A stretch of 44,365 nt of DNA, taken from contig QBUM01000249.1 in the NCBI GenBank assembly GCA_013180585.1, positions 1 to 44,365 of the forward strand, written 5' to 3'. The DNA comes from Candidatus Methanophagaceae archaeon GoMg2 (GTDB lineage: Archaea; Halobacteriota; Syntropharchaeia; Alkanophagales; Methanospirareceae). Of this stretch, positions 9,147 to 19,061 are shown piece by piece (positions within the stretch are counted from its first letter, which is position 1; each line of letters opens with the position of its first letter). The notes under the pieces are model-generated. The model was not told the DNA's origin and searched no databases. It saw only the letters and a list, made by a program, of their open reading frames with translations. Position numbers and translations under genes: made by a program.

Positions 9147-10391
9147 ATGATAATCAATTCCGATTTACATATCCATTCTCATTATTCGGCTGCTACCTCG
9201 CCGCGGATGGATTTAGCCACGCTGGCTAAGGAATCTGCGAGGAAAGGAATTCAGTTGCTCGGCACTGGTGATTGCTTACACCCCAAATGGTTGGATGAGA
9301 TACGGGAACTGGACGAAAAGAACGGCATTTTCTACTTTAAGGATAAAGCGGAAGGGACTGCTTTTGTGCTCACCGTGGAGGTGGAAGATAATAAAAGAGT
9401 GCACCACCTCCTTATATTGCCATCTATCGCGAAGGCAGAGCAATTATACGAGTCGTTTAAGAAGTATTCGTCGAATATTGATTCTGATGGCAGACCTTCG
9501 CTGAGGATAAGCGGCGAGGAAATAGCAGCACATGCAAAAGATGCAGAAGCTCTTATAGGCCCTTGTCATGCGTTCACGCCCTGGACTGCTTTATACGCTT
9601 ACCACAATTCATTGAAGGACTGTTATGGCGACCTGAGCGGATATATTTCCTTTGTGGAGTTGGGATTGAGTGCGGATTCGTCTTATGCAGACAGGATAAG
9701 CGAATTGCACGAGCTCACGTTTTTGACTAACTCGGATGCGCATTCGCCGTATCCTATCCGGCTGGCGCGGGAGTTCAACAGGTTTCAGATTGAGGATATG
9801 AGTTTTGAAGACTTGAAAGCGGCGATAGAAAGAAGACGAGGCAGGAAGCCGGTGCTTAATGTTGGTCTGCCGCCGAAGGAGGGCAAATATAACGAAAGTG
9901 CCTGTATCAGGTGCTATGAGCATTATTCGCTGCGCGATGCGATAATAAGGAAATGGCGATGTGAATGTAAGGGCATGATAAAGAAGGGTGTGCGTGATAG
10001 AGTAAATGAGCTTGCAGATTGCGAGGGTACACATCCAGAGCATAGACCGTCTTATATGCACTTGATACCGCTGGCTGAGGTAATAGGCTTGGCAGTGCAT
10101 AAGTCCGCGAGTTCAAAGACGGTAACCGCGGTATGGGAATCACTATTAGCAGAATTTGGCACCGAAGTTAACGTGTTGGTAGATGCATCTATGGATGAAC
10201 TCCGTGCAGCGAAGCGGGATGATCGTGTGGTAGAGGCAATAACTGCATTTAGAACTGGTAAAGTATCCGTAATTCCTGGTGGCGGTGGCAAATACGGTGT
10301 TATCGTGTTGAGCCCTGAAGGGTGTGAAGGAGTGGAAGAAGAAGAGCCCGAAAGAGAGCAGAAGGGGCAGCTTTCTTTGTTTGATTTTTGA
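9147..10391 (+). CDS. TIGR00375/EndoQ-like PHP-domain endonuclease
   Basis: DLHIHSHYS, GTGD, HAFTPW, ELGLSAD, NSDAHS, GKY, CxxC; C-terminal QLSLFDF PIP-box-like motif. Confidence 0.9.
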   Translation: MIINSDLHIHSHYSAATSPRMDLATLAKESARKGIQLLGTGDCLHPKWLDEIRELDEKNGIFYFKDKAEGTAFVLTVEVEDNKRVHHLLILPSIAKAEQLYESFKKYSSNIDSDGRPSLRISGEEIAAHAKDAEALIGPCHAFTPWTALYAYHNSLKDCYGDLSGYISFVELGLSADSSYADRISELHELTFLTNSDAHSPYPIRLAREFNRFQIEDMSFEDLKAAIERRRGRKPVLNVGLPPKEGKYNESACIRCYEHYSLRDAIIRKWRCECKGMIKKGVRDRVNELADCEGTHPEHRPSYMHLIPLAEVIGLAVHKSASSKTVTAVWESLLAEFGTEVNVLVDASMDELRAAKRDDRVVEAITAFRTGKVSVIPGGGGKYGVIVLSPEGCEGVEEEEPEREQKGQLSLFDF

Positions 10392-10446
10392 GCGGTTTTA
10401 CATTCTAAACGTATCGGGGCTGGAATAGAGGTATCTATCAAATATA

Positions 10447-10607
10447 GTATTTGTTTGACTAACCACAAGATTACACAGATTTTTACGAGAAAATATGACG
10501 CTGTAAGATATAAGATGCAAATCTAACCGGTATTCTGTGTCCAGTATCATCTTCTTGTGTTAATCTCGTGGAATCACGAGGGTTTTTTGCATCAGGTATA
10601 CAAATAT
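10447..10607. repeat. MITE-like repeat family B, degenerate copy
   Basis: gtatttgtttgac...ggtatacaaatat ends; shares aaccacaagattacacagat and cttgtgttaatctcgtgg with the other copies; no clear TSD. Confidence 0.7.
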
Positions 10608-10692
10608 TAGTGCGGGTGTATGTACTACGATAGTATACCCGCATAAAGTGCTTTTAGTAAAGCTTTTCTCTAAGAAAAAGTTAGTAATATTG

Positions 10693-11676
10693 ATGACCGA
10701 AATGTTTCCTGCAGTTAGGATGAGACGTTTGCGAACGCTAAAATTGATAAAAGAAACCCGGCTTAGCACGGACGACCTGATTCTACCGTTGTTTATTGAC
10801 GAGAACATAGCAGGAAAAATGCCGATTGAGTCCATGCCGGGGCAGTACAGGTTCTCGATAGAACGTGCAGTGAAAGAAGTCTCAGAAGCGCGTTCGCTCG
10901 GTATAAAATCGGTGTTGTTGTTCGGCATCCCCACGAAAAAGGACGAAACAGGCAGTGAAGCGTTCAACAAAGAGGGTGTAATACAAAGAGCGGTTAGAGT
11001 GATAAAGAAGGCTGCGGAGGATATTGTTGTCATCACTGATTTATGCCTATGTGAGTACACAACTCACGGGCATTGCGGACTTATAGAGAATGGAATAGTG
11101 CTCAACGACCCGACACTGGAGGTGCTGGGGAAAGTAGCAGTGAGTCAGGCGGAAGCGGGTGCGGATATTGTCGCGCCTTCGGGTATGATGGACGGTATGG
11201 TAAAAGCTATAAGGAATAGCCTTGACACAGAAGGCTTTGCTGACACTGCTATTATGTCTTACGCGGCAAAATACAATTCAGCGTTATACGGACCTTTTCG
11301 CGATGCCGCGGATTCTGGTTTCATGTTCGGAGACCGAAGCGGCTATCAGATGGACTTTCACAATGCACGGGAAGCACTGCGCGAAGTAGAGCTTGACATT
11401 GCAGAAGGTGCGGACATCGTGATGGTGAAACCCGCTATTTTCTATCTTGACATCATTGCTAAGGTACGTGCGAAGTTTGACGTTCCGTTGGCGGCGTATA
11501 ACGTGAGTGGTGAGTATTCGATGATAAAAGCGGCGTCGGAAAAAGAATTCTTAAATGGTGAAGAGGTAATGATAGAATGCCTGACAGCGATAAAGCGGGC
11601 GGGTGCGGATTTGATTATCACGTATTTTGCGAAGGAAGCTGCTGAGATTTTGTCTACGGGAGCCCCCAGCAAATAG
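10693..11676 (+). CDS. hemB: Porphobilinogen synthase
   Basis: DLCLCEYTTHGHCG, APSGMMDG, YGPFRDAA, MVKPA, YNVSGEY. Confidence 0.97.
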   Translation: MTEMFPAVRMRRLRTLKLIKETRLSTDDLILPLFIDENIAGKMPIESMPGQYRFSIERAVKEVSEARSLGIKSVLLFGIPTKKDETGSEAFNKEGVIQRAVRVIKKAAEDIVVITDLCLCEYTTHGHCGLIENGIVLNDPTLEVLGKVAVSQAEAGADIVAPSGMMDGMVKAIRNSLDTEGFADTAIMSYAAKYNSALYGPFRDAADSGFMFGDRSGYQMDFHNAREALREVELDIAEGADIVMVKPAIFYLDIIAKVRAKFDVPLAAYNVSGEYSMIKAASEKEFLNGEEVMIECLTAIKRAGADLIITYFAKEAAEILSTGAPSK

Positions 11677-11863
11677 TTTACCCATTTTGATAATTAGCAT
11701 AGACACAGATTTCACGGATTTACACGGACGCTACTGTCCTGATTATTAAGCTTTTACGGGTTGAATCAAAATTTAAAAACTACACTACTTTAAATCTGTG
11801 TTAATCAGTGTTAATCTGTGTCTTAAAAATCCTTGGAAAATGATACAGTTCGGGTAAATTATT
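11672..11863. repeat. Palindromic intergenic repeat with 9-10-mer cacagatt/aatctgtg arrays
   Basis: aatagtttaccc ... gggtaaattatt terminal IR; internal agacacagatttcac pairs with gttaatctgtgtct. Confidence 0.6.
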
Positions 11864-11933
11864 ATTTGTGAGTTCCCTAAGGTAAATGTTTTACACCAAA
11901 ACCTTTTAAGAATGTGTGGGGAAACATTATAGA

Positions 11934-12364
11934 ATGCCAAACGACATAGAAACACTAATCAAAAAAGGCGAAAGCCAATATATTGAATTCAAAGACTCTT
12001 TAGGATTAAGGAAAGGAACAGGAGAGACTGCTTCTGCTTTTTCAAACACCAAAGGAGGAACTATTCTAATAGGTATTTCTGATTCAGGGAAAGCTATTGG
12101 AATTGACGTTGGCAAAAGGACCTTAGAGGATTTAGCAAATTACCTGAAAATGAATACTGACCCCCAAGTTTACCCAGAGATAAATCTACATAGCGTTAGG
12201 CAAAGATATAATCGAGGAAACAAGCAATAACTAATAAAGAATATCAAGAGTTATTTGCTATCTCAAAACGAACAGCCACATCAGATTTATCTGATTTAGT
12301 AAATAAAGGAATATTTAAGAAAACAGGTACGGGTAGAAGAGATTTAAGATATAGATTAAGATAG
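11934..12364 (+). pseudogene. Schlafen/AlbA_2-domain regulator with a large internal deletion
   Basis: GESQYIEFK, SAFSNTKGGTILIGI, then in another frame the winged-HTH tail ITNKEYQELFAISKRTATSDLSDLVNKG. Confidence 0.8.
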
Positions 12365-12369
12365 AACAA

Positions 12370-12402
12370 AACTGCCCATAACCTGCCCATAAACTGCCCA
12401 TA
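12370..12402. repeat. 3 x 11 bp tandem repeat
   Basis: aactgcccata-acctgcccata-aactgcccata. Confidence 0.9.
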
Positions 12403-12469
12403 AATCTTTAAACCATTTAAACTGCATTATCATCAGTTAACATTTAAAATTTGTTTTTAGTAGTGTCTT

Positions 12470-13483
12470 TTGGCATTGTCTTGTTTTTTACTGCTTCTGT
12501 TAGCGCTCAGGTTAGTTGAATGGACTCATTTAGTTGATATTCAGGGGATGCCTACTGGCGCGGCGGCGCTTGGCGGATACCTTGTCGCGCTTTATAATTT
12601 TCTTTTAGGCGCCGTAGGGATTATCGCGCTAATGATGCTTGTCTATGGCGGGTTCCGCTATATGACTTCTGCTGAAAATCCCGCGGCTATGGGAGACGCA
12701 AAAGATATTGTTTATTCCGCTGTCATAGGCCTTGCGCTGGCGCTTCTTTCCTGGTTGATTATCAGCACAATAAACCCCGAGCTTCTTTTCACCGCAGAGC
12801 CGACGCTTTCTCCTGTCGGAAGCGGCGGCGGATTCAGCGCAAATCTCCCGCCTGCGTCCTGCGCGGATAAAAGCCATGGCGGATATGAAAATCCTGATGA
12901 ATGCCGTTGTCTTGGATATACGGAATTATTCCCTGCTCGCAGAGAATGCACAGATGTTAAGTCGCTTTATGGTTGGGGCGGCACTTGCGATGAACTATGC
13001 GAACGTTTTGTCTGTCCTATGTATCCATACTGTTGCGTAAAGGCGGAATTAATAGCAGGGACCAATACAGAGGAAGTAAGTTATAGCGGAGAGCTTCCTC
13101 CTGTAAAAAAAGGCAGTCCAGTATTTTTTGATGCTATGAATAATTCTTTTACTTGTATACCGGGAGATAAAATAGTGAGAGTAGGAGTACAAATAAATCG
13201 TCCTTGGATTGATTTTGGTAGTTTCCAATCAGAATGGAGTGAAGAAACTGAAGAAAGTTCTTCGTGTAACTGGACTGATTGTGACATAGCTCCTCCTGGT
13301 CTTCTTGGTTTTGAATGCGATTCAAATGATCCATGGTGTAATAGCGGAACTGGAAGATTTACAGCGGACACTGATCGTATTTCAGCAGGAACTCATAATC
13401 CTTGGCTAAGAATATGCGTAGAACAGATTGACGGAACTTGCGTTATAGTTGATGATAAATCCATGACACTTATTATAGAATAA
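12470..13483 (+). CDS. VirB2/TrbC-like (Patescibacteria-type) pilin with Cys-rich C-terminal extension; start uncertain
   Basis: Two-TM hairpin YGGFRYMTSAENP...DAKDIVYSAVIGLALALLSWLIISTINPELL followed by a Cys-rich tail. Confidence 0.75.
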   Translation: MALSCFLLLLLALRLVEWTHLVDIQGMPTGAAALGGYLVALYNFLLGAVGIIALMMLVYGGFRYMTSAENPAAMGDAKDIVYSAVIGLALALLSWLIISTINPELLFTAEPTLSPVGSGGGFSANLPPASCADKSHGGYENPDECRCLGYTELFPARRECTDVKSLYGWGGTCDELCERFVCPMYPYCCVKAELIAGTNTEEVSYSGELPPVKKGSPVFFDAMNNSFTCIPGDKIVRVGVQINRPWIDFGSFQSEWSEETEESSSCNWTDCDIAPPGLLGFECDSNDPWCNSGTGRFTADTDRISAGTHNPWLRICVEQIDGTCVIVDDKSMTLIIE

Positions 13484-13550
13484 ATCATAATAAAATTTGA
13501 ATAAAAAAATAAGGAAAATTAATTATTTCCCTTTTTTTTATTGTTTTAAT

Positions 13551-14321
13551 TTATATGATTTCTATGTATTTTGTTTCTTCTGGTTTTACGCACTCAACTG
13601 AAAACTTATATTTTGTGCCTGGTTTTATTGTCGGCACAATATCTTTAAATATAGTACTTCCTACAGTTTCAGTTTTCATAGATTCTCCAATTCGTTTTTC
13701 CCAGTATTCTTCCCAGAGCAATTCTAATCGTTTTGTATCACAATAATTATTCGGCCATTGACATTGTGCGTTTGCCATCCTGTATTGTATTCCACTTCCA
13801 TATATACATACCCATTGTTCTCTCCATATGTGATTTTGTTTCGCGGCAAGAAAATATATTAACACTGGTCTTACTCTGATACTTCTTTCCTGATTAATGT
13901 TTAGATAAGCGGCTGTAATTTTGTCATCATTTATTTCAATATCTGTAATTATTAGACCTTCTTTGTGCTTATATGTCTGGATAAATTTCGGTATATTGGA
14001 AATATCAATTATCGTTTTGTAGGGCATGATTTCGTTCGGGTTGGGAATTTTCGTTGCTTTGGTTATTTTCTTCTCATCTTCTTCGTCGGCTAATACTAAA
14101 CCTGAATTTATTGCTGGCTGGGACGCGCCGTAAATTTGGCTGGCTGATGCGTCTATCGCTGGGTCGCTGTTGCTGAAAATTCCTGATGTTGCGGCAAAAA
14201 ATATGCCGAGAATAGATGCTGCAAGGACAGCGGCGATGAGCAGGTATTTCCATGGTGCTGGAGTCTTGACTGGCTTGGTATCCTTTCCCCCCGTGGAACC
14301 ATCTCCCGATTGCACTACCAT
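13551..14321 (-). CDS. Hypothetical protein with N-terminal membrane anchor
   Basis: 256 aa ORF, hydrophobic LLIAAVLAASILGIFFAA segment, RBS-like ggatgtga upstream. Confidence 0.7.
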   Translation of the reverse strand: MVVQSGDGSTGGKDTKPVKTPAPWKYLLIAAVLAASILGIFFAATSGIFSNSDPAIDASASQIYGASQPAINSGLVLADEEDEKKITKATKIPNPNEIMPYKTIIDISNIPKFIQTYKHKEGLIITDIEINDDKITAAYLNINQERSIRVRPVLIYFLAAKQNHIWREQWVCIYGSGIQYRMANAQCQWPNNYCDTKRLELLWEEYWEKRIGESMKTETVGSTIFKDIVPTIKPGTKYKFSVECVKPEETKYIEII

Positions 14322-14398
14322 GCTTATATTATCACATCCTTTCGCTTTTTATTTAGCTTTTACACTCAGGAAACCGTAAAGGACATTTATCTATAAAT

Positions 14399-14555
14399 GT
14401 TTTTCTGTTTTGAAACCATAAGATTAGACAGATATTCACGAGAAGGGAATAATAATGCCATGTTTCCGTACACTACTGGCTACTTTATCCCCCCCCCCAT
14501 TAATCCCAAACTCTTGTGTTAATCTCGTGGTTTTTTTCGTCCGCTATATAAATAG
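14399..14555. repeat. MITE-like repeat family B, degenerate copy
   Basis: aaaccataagattagacagatattcacgaga ... cttgtgttaatctcgtgg ... gctatataaatag. Confidence 0.6.
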
Positions 14556-14582
14556 TAATTCGTAATTACCCTCAGAGCGACC

Positions 14583-16112
14583 CTAAAAGAAATCCTCAAA
14601 CGTCTTTTGCGTTTTTACCTCTTCCTTCTCATCTTCCTTCTTGACTTCCACCGTCTCTGATCCCTTTATTTTTATTAGCTCTAATTCATCATCGCCTTCT
14701 TTTCTTTTCTGCGCAACGGATACAGTTTCAGCCACTTCCGTCTTTATCGCCCCCCTTTTTTCTGCGGTAATCGCCGCTGCATCCTGGTATATCTGCTTAG
14801 CTTTTTTAGCCCGCTCTTTAGTATCCTGCTCAGTATCGCTCGACAAAAACGCTATTTGCGGAACGTCCAACCGTAGTAATGCCGCCACATCCCTCGCTTT
14901 GCTTTCGTTTCTAAAAGAAACTTTCAAAAACGGTATGATAAAAGATCGTGCATAGTGCAGCGATACTTTACAATACGCACCTATTTTCTTCGCTATCTCC
15001 TCCTTTACCGCGGCATATTTACGGTCTTCTCCGTCTTGCGCCCGTGCGCGTTGCCAGGGCGATTTATACTGGTAATAACGACGCCGTGATTGCCGCCTTT
15101 GCCCTTCTTTTACCTCCTTTGTAGAGAACACGCCACAAACCATTAAACTGGAAGCATACCGCCAGAACTTATAATTCTCGCGACTGCGCGTTCTCCCTAA
15201 AAACGTATCCGCCCTGCTCAAATAATGCAAACCCCGCAAAAAGCTTTCTTCTTCTCCATTGCCGTAGGCATTCGGTAAATTCGCGTAGATCCAGCTTATG
15301 GTCTCATCAGGTGTCTTGTCGAGACTATAAAGAGCGTAAAGAACCTCTTGCATCTCGTACCCACGACCATCCCTAGATTCACAGAATATTTTCTTCAATA
15401 CCTCAAATATAGACTCTTCAACGTCTCGTTTCCCCGTTGCTATATCGCCTTTAACTACCCCCCTTCCGCTATCCAATATGGAAATCGCCTGCAGGTCGTT
15501 TATTGCCGACCGCAAATCGCCATTAGCGTTCTCTGCTAAAACGCGCAGCGCTTCCTCTTCTACCGCTATCCCTTCCACTGCGCTTAATCGTTTGAGCACA
15601 CGAACAACTCTCTCGGATCTTATCTTTTGAAACCTAATTACCTTACAATTACGCTGTAAGGGCTGCCCCATCTTATATAACTCATTTGCAATGAGGATAA
15701 TTGGCTGTGTGCTTCTTTTCACTATCTCTGTTATCGCTTTGGTACCACCACGGTCTTCATTGCCATGCAGGTTATCTGCCTCATCCAGAATGATTAACCG
15801 CGTTGTCCTGCTGAAGGTATTACTTGTAGAAGCAGGACCCACGATACTTTTTATCACCCCTTCGCTCCTCTGGTCTGAAGCGTTTAGCTCTATGACTTCC
15901 CACCCTTTCTCTGACGCAAGAGCGTAAGCTGCGGATGTCTTACCACAGCCAGGTGGTCCGTGAAGAATAGCTGCTTTTCTCGACTTTGCATTATGGATAC
16001 TCTCAGCCCACGCTTTTAGGTCTTCTGCCGCTTTTGCGTTGCCCACAACCTCTATTAGCTTCTTTGGACGGTATTTCTCGACCCATTCCTCGCTGCTTCT
16101 TTTCGTTGTCAT
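14583..16112 (-). CDS. rfcL: Replication factor C large subunit
   Basis: WVEKYRP, GPPGCGKT, IELNASD, ILDEAD, GDLRSAIN, C-terminal PIP box QKTFEDFF. Confidence 0.97.
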   Translation of the reverse strand: MTTKRSSEEWVEKYRPKKLIEVVGNAKAAEDLKAWAESIHNAKSRKAAILHGPPGCGKTSAAYALASEKGWEVIELNASDQRSEGVIKSIVGPASTSNTFSRTTRLIILDEADNLHGNEDRGGTKAITEIVKRSTQPIILIANELYKMGQPLQRNCKVIRFQKIRSERVVRVLKRLSAVEGIAVEEEALRVLAENANGDLRSAINDLQAISILDSGRGVVKGDIATGKRDVEESIFEVLKKIFCESRDGRGYEMQEVLYALYSLDKTPDETISWIYANLPNAYGNGEEESFLRGLHYLSRADTFLGRTRSRENYKFWRYASSLMVCGVFSTKEVKEGQRRQSRRRYYQYKSPWQRARAQDGEDRKYAAVKEEIAKKIGAYCKVSLHYARSFIIPFLKVSFRNESKARDVAALLRLDVPQIAFLSSDTEQDTKERAKKAKQIYQDAAAITAEKRGAIKTEVAETVSVAQKRKEGDDELELIKIKGSETVEVKKEDEKEEVKTQKTFEDFF

Positions 16113-16199
16113 TACACGAAAGACACAAATCTAATCTAATATATCTTTGAAAATAGAAAAGTTCTTAATGTAAGACGCAAAAAACACCAAATAGTAAAA

Positions 16200-16895
16200 A
16201 TGGACGAGAATAAAGCGGGAAAGGGAAAGGAGAGAGCAGCGGAATCGGTATCTTCTTTGATAAAAGACGGTATGGTGGTGGGTCTCGGCACGGGTTCAAC
16301 GGCAGAAATGGCGGTAAGAATGATAGGCAACAGGATAAAAGAGGAAGACCTCGAGATTTTCGTTGTTCCTACTTCACTCAAAACCGAGATGACCGCGATA
16401 GAATGCGGAATTCGCGTTACTACACTTTCTGAGCATTCGTCTTTAGATATTTGTATAGATGGTGCGGACCAGGTGGATTCTCAACTGAATCTGGTCAAAG
16501 GTGGCTGGGGGTCGCATACGAGGGAGAAGATAGTATCGTACGCCGCGAAAAAGCTTATTATATTTATTGATGAAGCGAAATTAGTAGAAAAGCTAAGTAT
16601 GCCTGTTCCGTTAGAAGTTTTACCATACGCCGTGAAAGTGGTGGAGCAGCAGGTAAAAGAGCTTGGTGGTGCGCCTGCTTTAAGGAACGAGGGAAATAGA
16701 GGTGGCTATTTTATAACAGAGGGTGGGAATCTGGTAGTAGATGCAGATTTTGGTGTTATAACTAATCCAGAAAAGTTGAGTGCTGCTCTTTCTTCCGTTG
16801 TCGGCTCGGTCGAACATGGGATATTCACAAATGCCGTTGAGGTGCATGTAGGCAACGAAAAAGGAGTGAAGATATTAAAGAGAAGTGTTTTGTAA
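16200..16895 (+). CDS. rpiA: Ribose-5-phosphate isomerase A
   Basis: VGLGTGST, IDGADQVD, KGG...REKIV, VEHGIF. Confidence 0.95.
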   Translation: MDENKAGKGKERAAESVSSLIKDGMVVGLGTGSTAEMAVRMIGNRIKEEDLEIFVVPTSLKTEMTAIECGIRVTTLSEHSSLDICIDGADQVDSQLNLVKGGWGSHTREKIVSYAAKKLIIFIDEAKLVEKLSMPVPLEVLPYAVKVVEQQVKELGGAPALRNEGNRGGYFITEGGNLVVDADFGVITNPEKLSAALSSVVGSVEHGIFTNAVEVHVGNEKGVKILKRSVL

Positions 16896-16938
16896 GTAGA
16901 GAGATTAAGATGATGGCGAAAAGGGAGGTTATAGAAAA

Positions 16939-17652
16939 ATGAAAGTGTTAGTAAGCCCGAAGGATATTGAGGAAGCGAAGGCAGTGATTAGTGGAAATGC
17001 GGATATTGTAGACGTGAAGAATCCAAAAGAGGGGTCTTTAGGTGCTAATTTCCCGTGGGTTATAAAATCAATAAAACAATTGGTGGAAGAGAAAGGAAAT
17101 GGAATGAAAATGAGTGCGGCAATCGGCGATTTCGATTATAAGCCGGGGACTGCGTCTTTAGCGGCGTTAGGTGCTGCAGCCTCAGGTGCGGAATACATAA
17201 AAATTGGGTTGCACAAGATAAAGACGAGAGAAGAAGCGATTGATTTGCTTACCGGCGTGGTTAAAGCGGTAAAGGACTTTGACCCTACGAAAAAAGTCGT
17301 TTCGGCTTTCTATGCCGACTACAAACGAATAAACTCGATTTCACCTTTTGAAATTGTAGAAATAGGTAAAGAAGTGGATATAGATGTGGCGATGGTTGAC
17401 ACAGGAATAAAGGATGGGCGGACAACGCTGGAATTTATGAGCGAGGACGAACTTAAGTCTTTTGTTTCTGAATCAAAATCTCTTGGACTGGTGACTGCAC
17501 TTGCAGGTGCACTAAAATTTGAGGATATTCCAGTAATAAAGGCGATAAACCCTGATATACTGGGTGTTCGAGGTATGGTCTGTGGCGGTAATAGAGACGA
17601 TAGCGTACAGGTAGAGTTGGTGACAAATTTGAAGAAGATGGTTGCGGAGTGA
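16939..17652 (+). CDS. mfnB: (5-formylfuran-3-yl)methyl phosphate synthase (methanofuran biosynthesis)
   Basis: DIVDVKNPKEGSLGANFPWVI, MVDTGIKDG, ALAGAL, GVRG. Confidence 0.93.
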   Translation: MKVLVSPKDIEEAKAVISGNADIVDVKNPKEGSLGANFPWVIKSIKQLVEEKGNGMKMSAAIGDFDYKPGTASLAALGAAASGAEYIKIGLHKIKTREEAIDLLTGVVKAVKDFDPTKKVVSAFYADYKRINSISPFEIVEIGKEVDIDVAMVDTGIKDGRTTLEFMSEDELKSFVSESKSLGLVTALAGALKFEDIPVIKAINPDILGVRGMVCGGNRDDSVQVELVTNLKKMVAE

Positions 17653-17743
17653 GCAAGTAATAAGAGATGTGAGAGGGCACTAAAAGCAGATATATACAGG
17701 CAGAAATTGATTAACTAGATTATATAGTAATGCTCATAGTAGA

Positions 17744-18883
17744 ATGAAGCGGATTTTTCACGTTGCGGACACACACATAGGCTATTCGGCGTACCGGAAG
17801 ATAGATGAGGCAACCGGCTTGAACCAGCGAGAAGTGGACGCCTACGAAGCATTCAAGCATTTTGTGGATTATGCGCTAAAAGAGAAGCCTGATGCCGTAT
17901 TACATGCAGGTGACCTCTTCGATTCCGTGCGACCGACGAATCGCGCTATCTCTTTCGTACTCAGCCAGTTGATACGATTAAGTGATGCTGATATTCCATT
18001 TGTGGTGATTTCAGGCAATCATGAGACGCCTCGTTTAAAGGAGACGGGCAGTGTCCTCAGCCTGTTTGAGCATATTCCTGGAATACACGTGATTTATGAG
18101 TCTAATTATAAAATCGTTGAGTTTGATGGCTTAAGTGTCCATGCTGTCCCGCATTGCGATGACATCGAAGCGGAGAAGAAGAAACTGAAGCCGAATAACG
18201 CTGGTTCCAATATCGCACTACTGCATGCCAGCGTTCAGGGTGCGGGACAGCCGACGTTCCTGATGGGTGAATTCAACGAGCAAATTGTCAGCATTGATGA
18301 CTTAACTGGTTTTGACTATATCGCTTTAGGGCATTTTCACGGGTGCACGAAAGTAAGAGCAAACGCATACTATGCCGGCTCCACAGAACGATTCAGCTTC
18401 AACGAGGTGAATGACGCTAAAGGTTTCTTAGAAGTAAACCTAATAGAAGATGGTGGAACTGAGGTCATATTTCATTCTTTAAATATACGGGAGATGGCGG
18501 ATTTGGAGCCGATTGTTTGCAGCGGTCTCAATGCGCAGGAGATAGGAACTGCAATAAAACATCACATCCAGGAATGCAATCCGCAAAATAAAGTAGTGCG
18601 GTTAAAAGTGCAGGATATGCCCCTGCATGTGTACCATTCACTGGACTTTGACGACTTTAAGCGGTTAACGAAGTCCGCAGTTCATTTCGAGATAAAATAC
18701 GAATTCCGAATGGATAGTGAGTTACCGTATGCCGAACAGCCAGCTTTTCATTCGTTGCATACCGAGTTCGATAAGTTTATCGGCAAGTACACGATAGGAA
18801 CGGATGTGGATAAAGGAAAGCTAAAGGCGCTGGGGATGAAGTACATGCAGGAATGGGAGAAGGATAACGAAGAAGAGGGCTGA
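17744..18883 (+). CDS. Mre11/SbcD-like metallophosphoesterase nuclease
   Basis: ADTHIG, AGDLFD, GNHE, YIALGHFH, YAGSTER. Confidence 0.9.
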   Translation: MKRIFHVADTHIGYSAYRKIDEATGLNQREVDAYEAFKHFVDYALKEKPDAVLHAGDLFDSVRPTNRAISFVLSQLIRLSDADIPFVVISGNHETPRLKETGSVLSLFEHIPGIHVIYESNYKIVEFDGLSVHAVPHCDDIEAEKKKLKPNNAGSNIALLHASVQGAGQPTFLMGEFNEQIVSIDDLTGFDYIALGHFHGCTKVRANAYYAGSTERFSFNEVNDAKGFLEVNLIEDGGTEVIFHSLNIREMADLEPIVCSGLNAQEIGTAIKHHIQECNPQNKVVRLKVQDMPLHVYHSLDFDDFKRLTKSAVHFEIKYEFRMDSELPYAEQPAFHSLHTEFDKFIGKYTIGTDVDKGKLKALGMKYMQEWEKDNEEEG

Positions 18884-18953
18884 AAAGCATCCACCTTCTT
18901 TAGTTATTATTTTATTGTGAAAGAGAGATATGTTAAAGCAAGGTGGATAGAAA

Positions 18954-19026
18954 AGTCCCGTGGTGTAGCGGTCAAGCATACCGGCCTTTGGAGCCTGTGA
19001 CAGAGGTTCGAATCCTCTCGGGACTA
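18954..19026 (+). tRNA. tRNA-Gln(TTG)
   Basis: agtcccg/cgggact acceptor stem, ctTTGga loop, ggttcgaatcc. Confidence 0.95.
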
Positions 19027-19061
19027 TTTTTAAAGTACCCTAAATCAAAAGAGATTTTAGA

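Noticed and set aside
11700-12402. Short repeats as a CRISPR array
   Set aside because: Units are 9-11 bp with no unique spacers, and no cas genes are present
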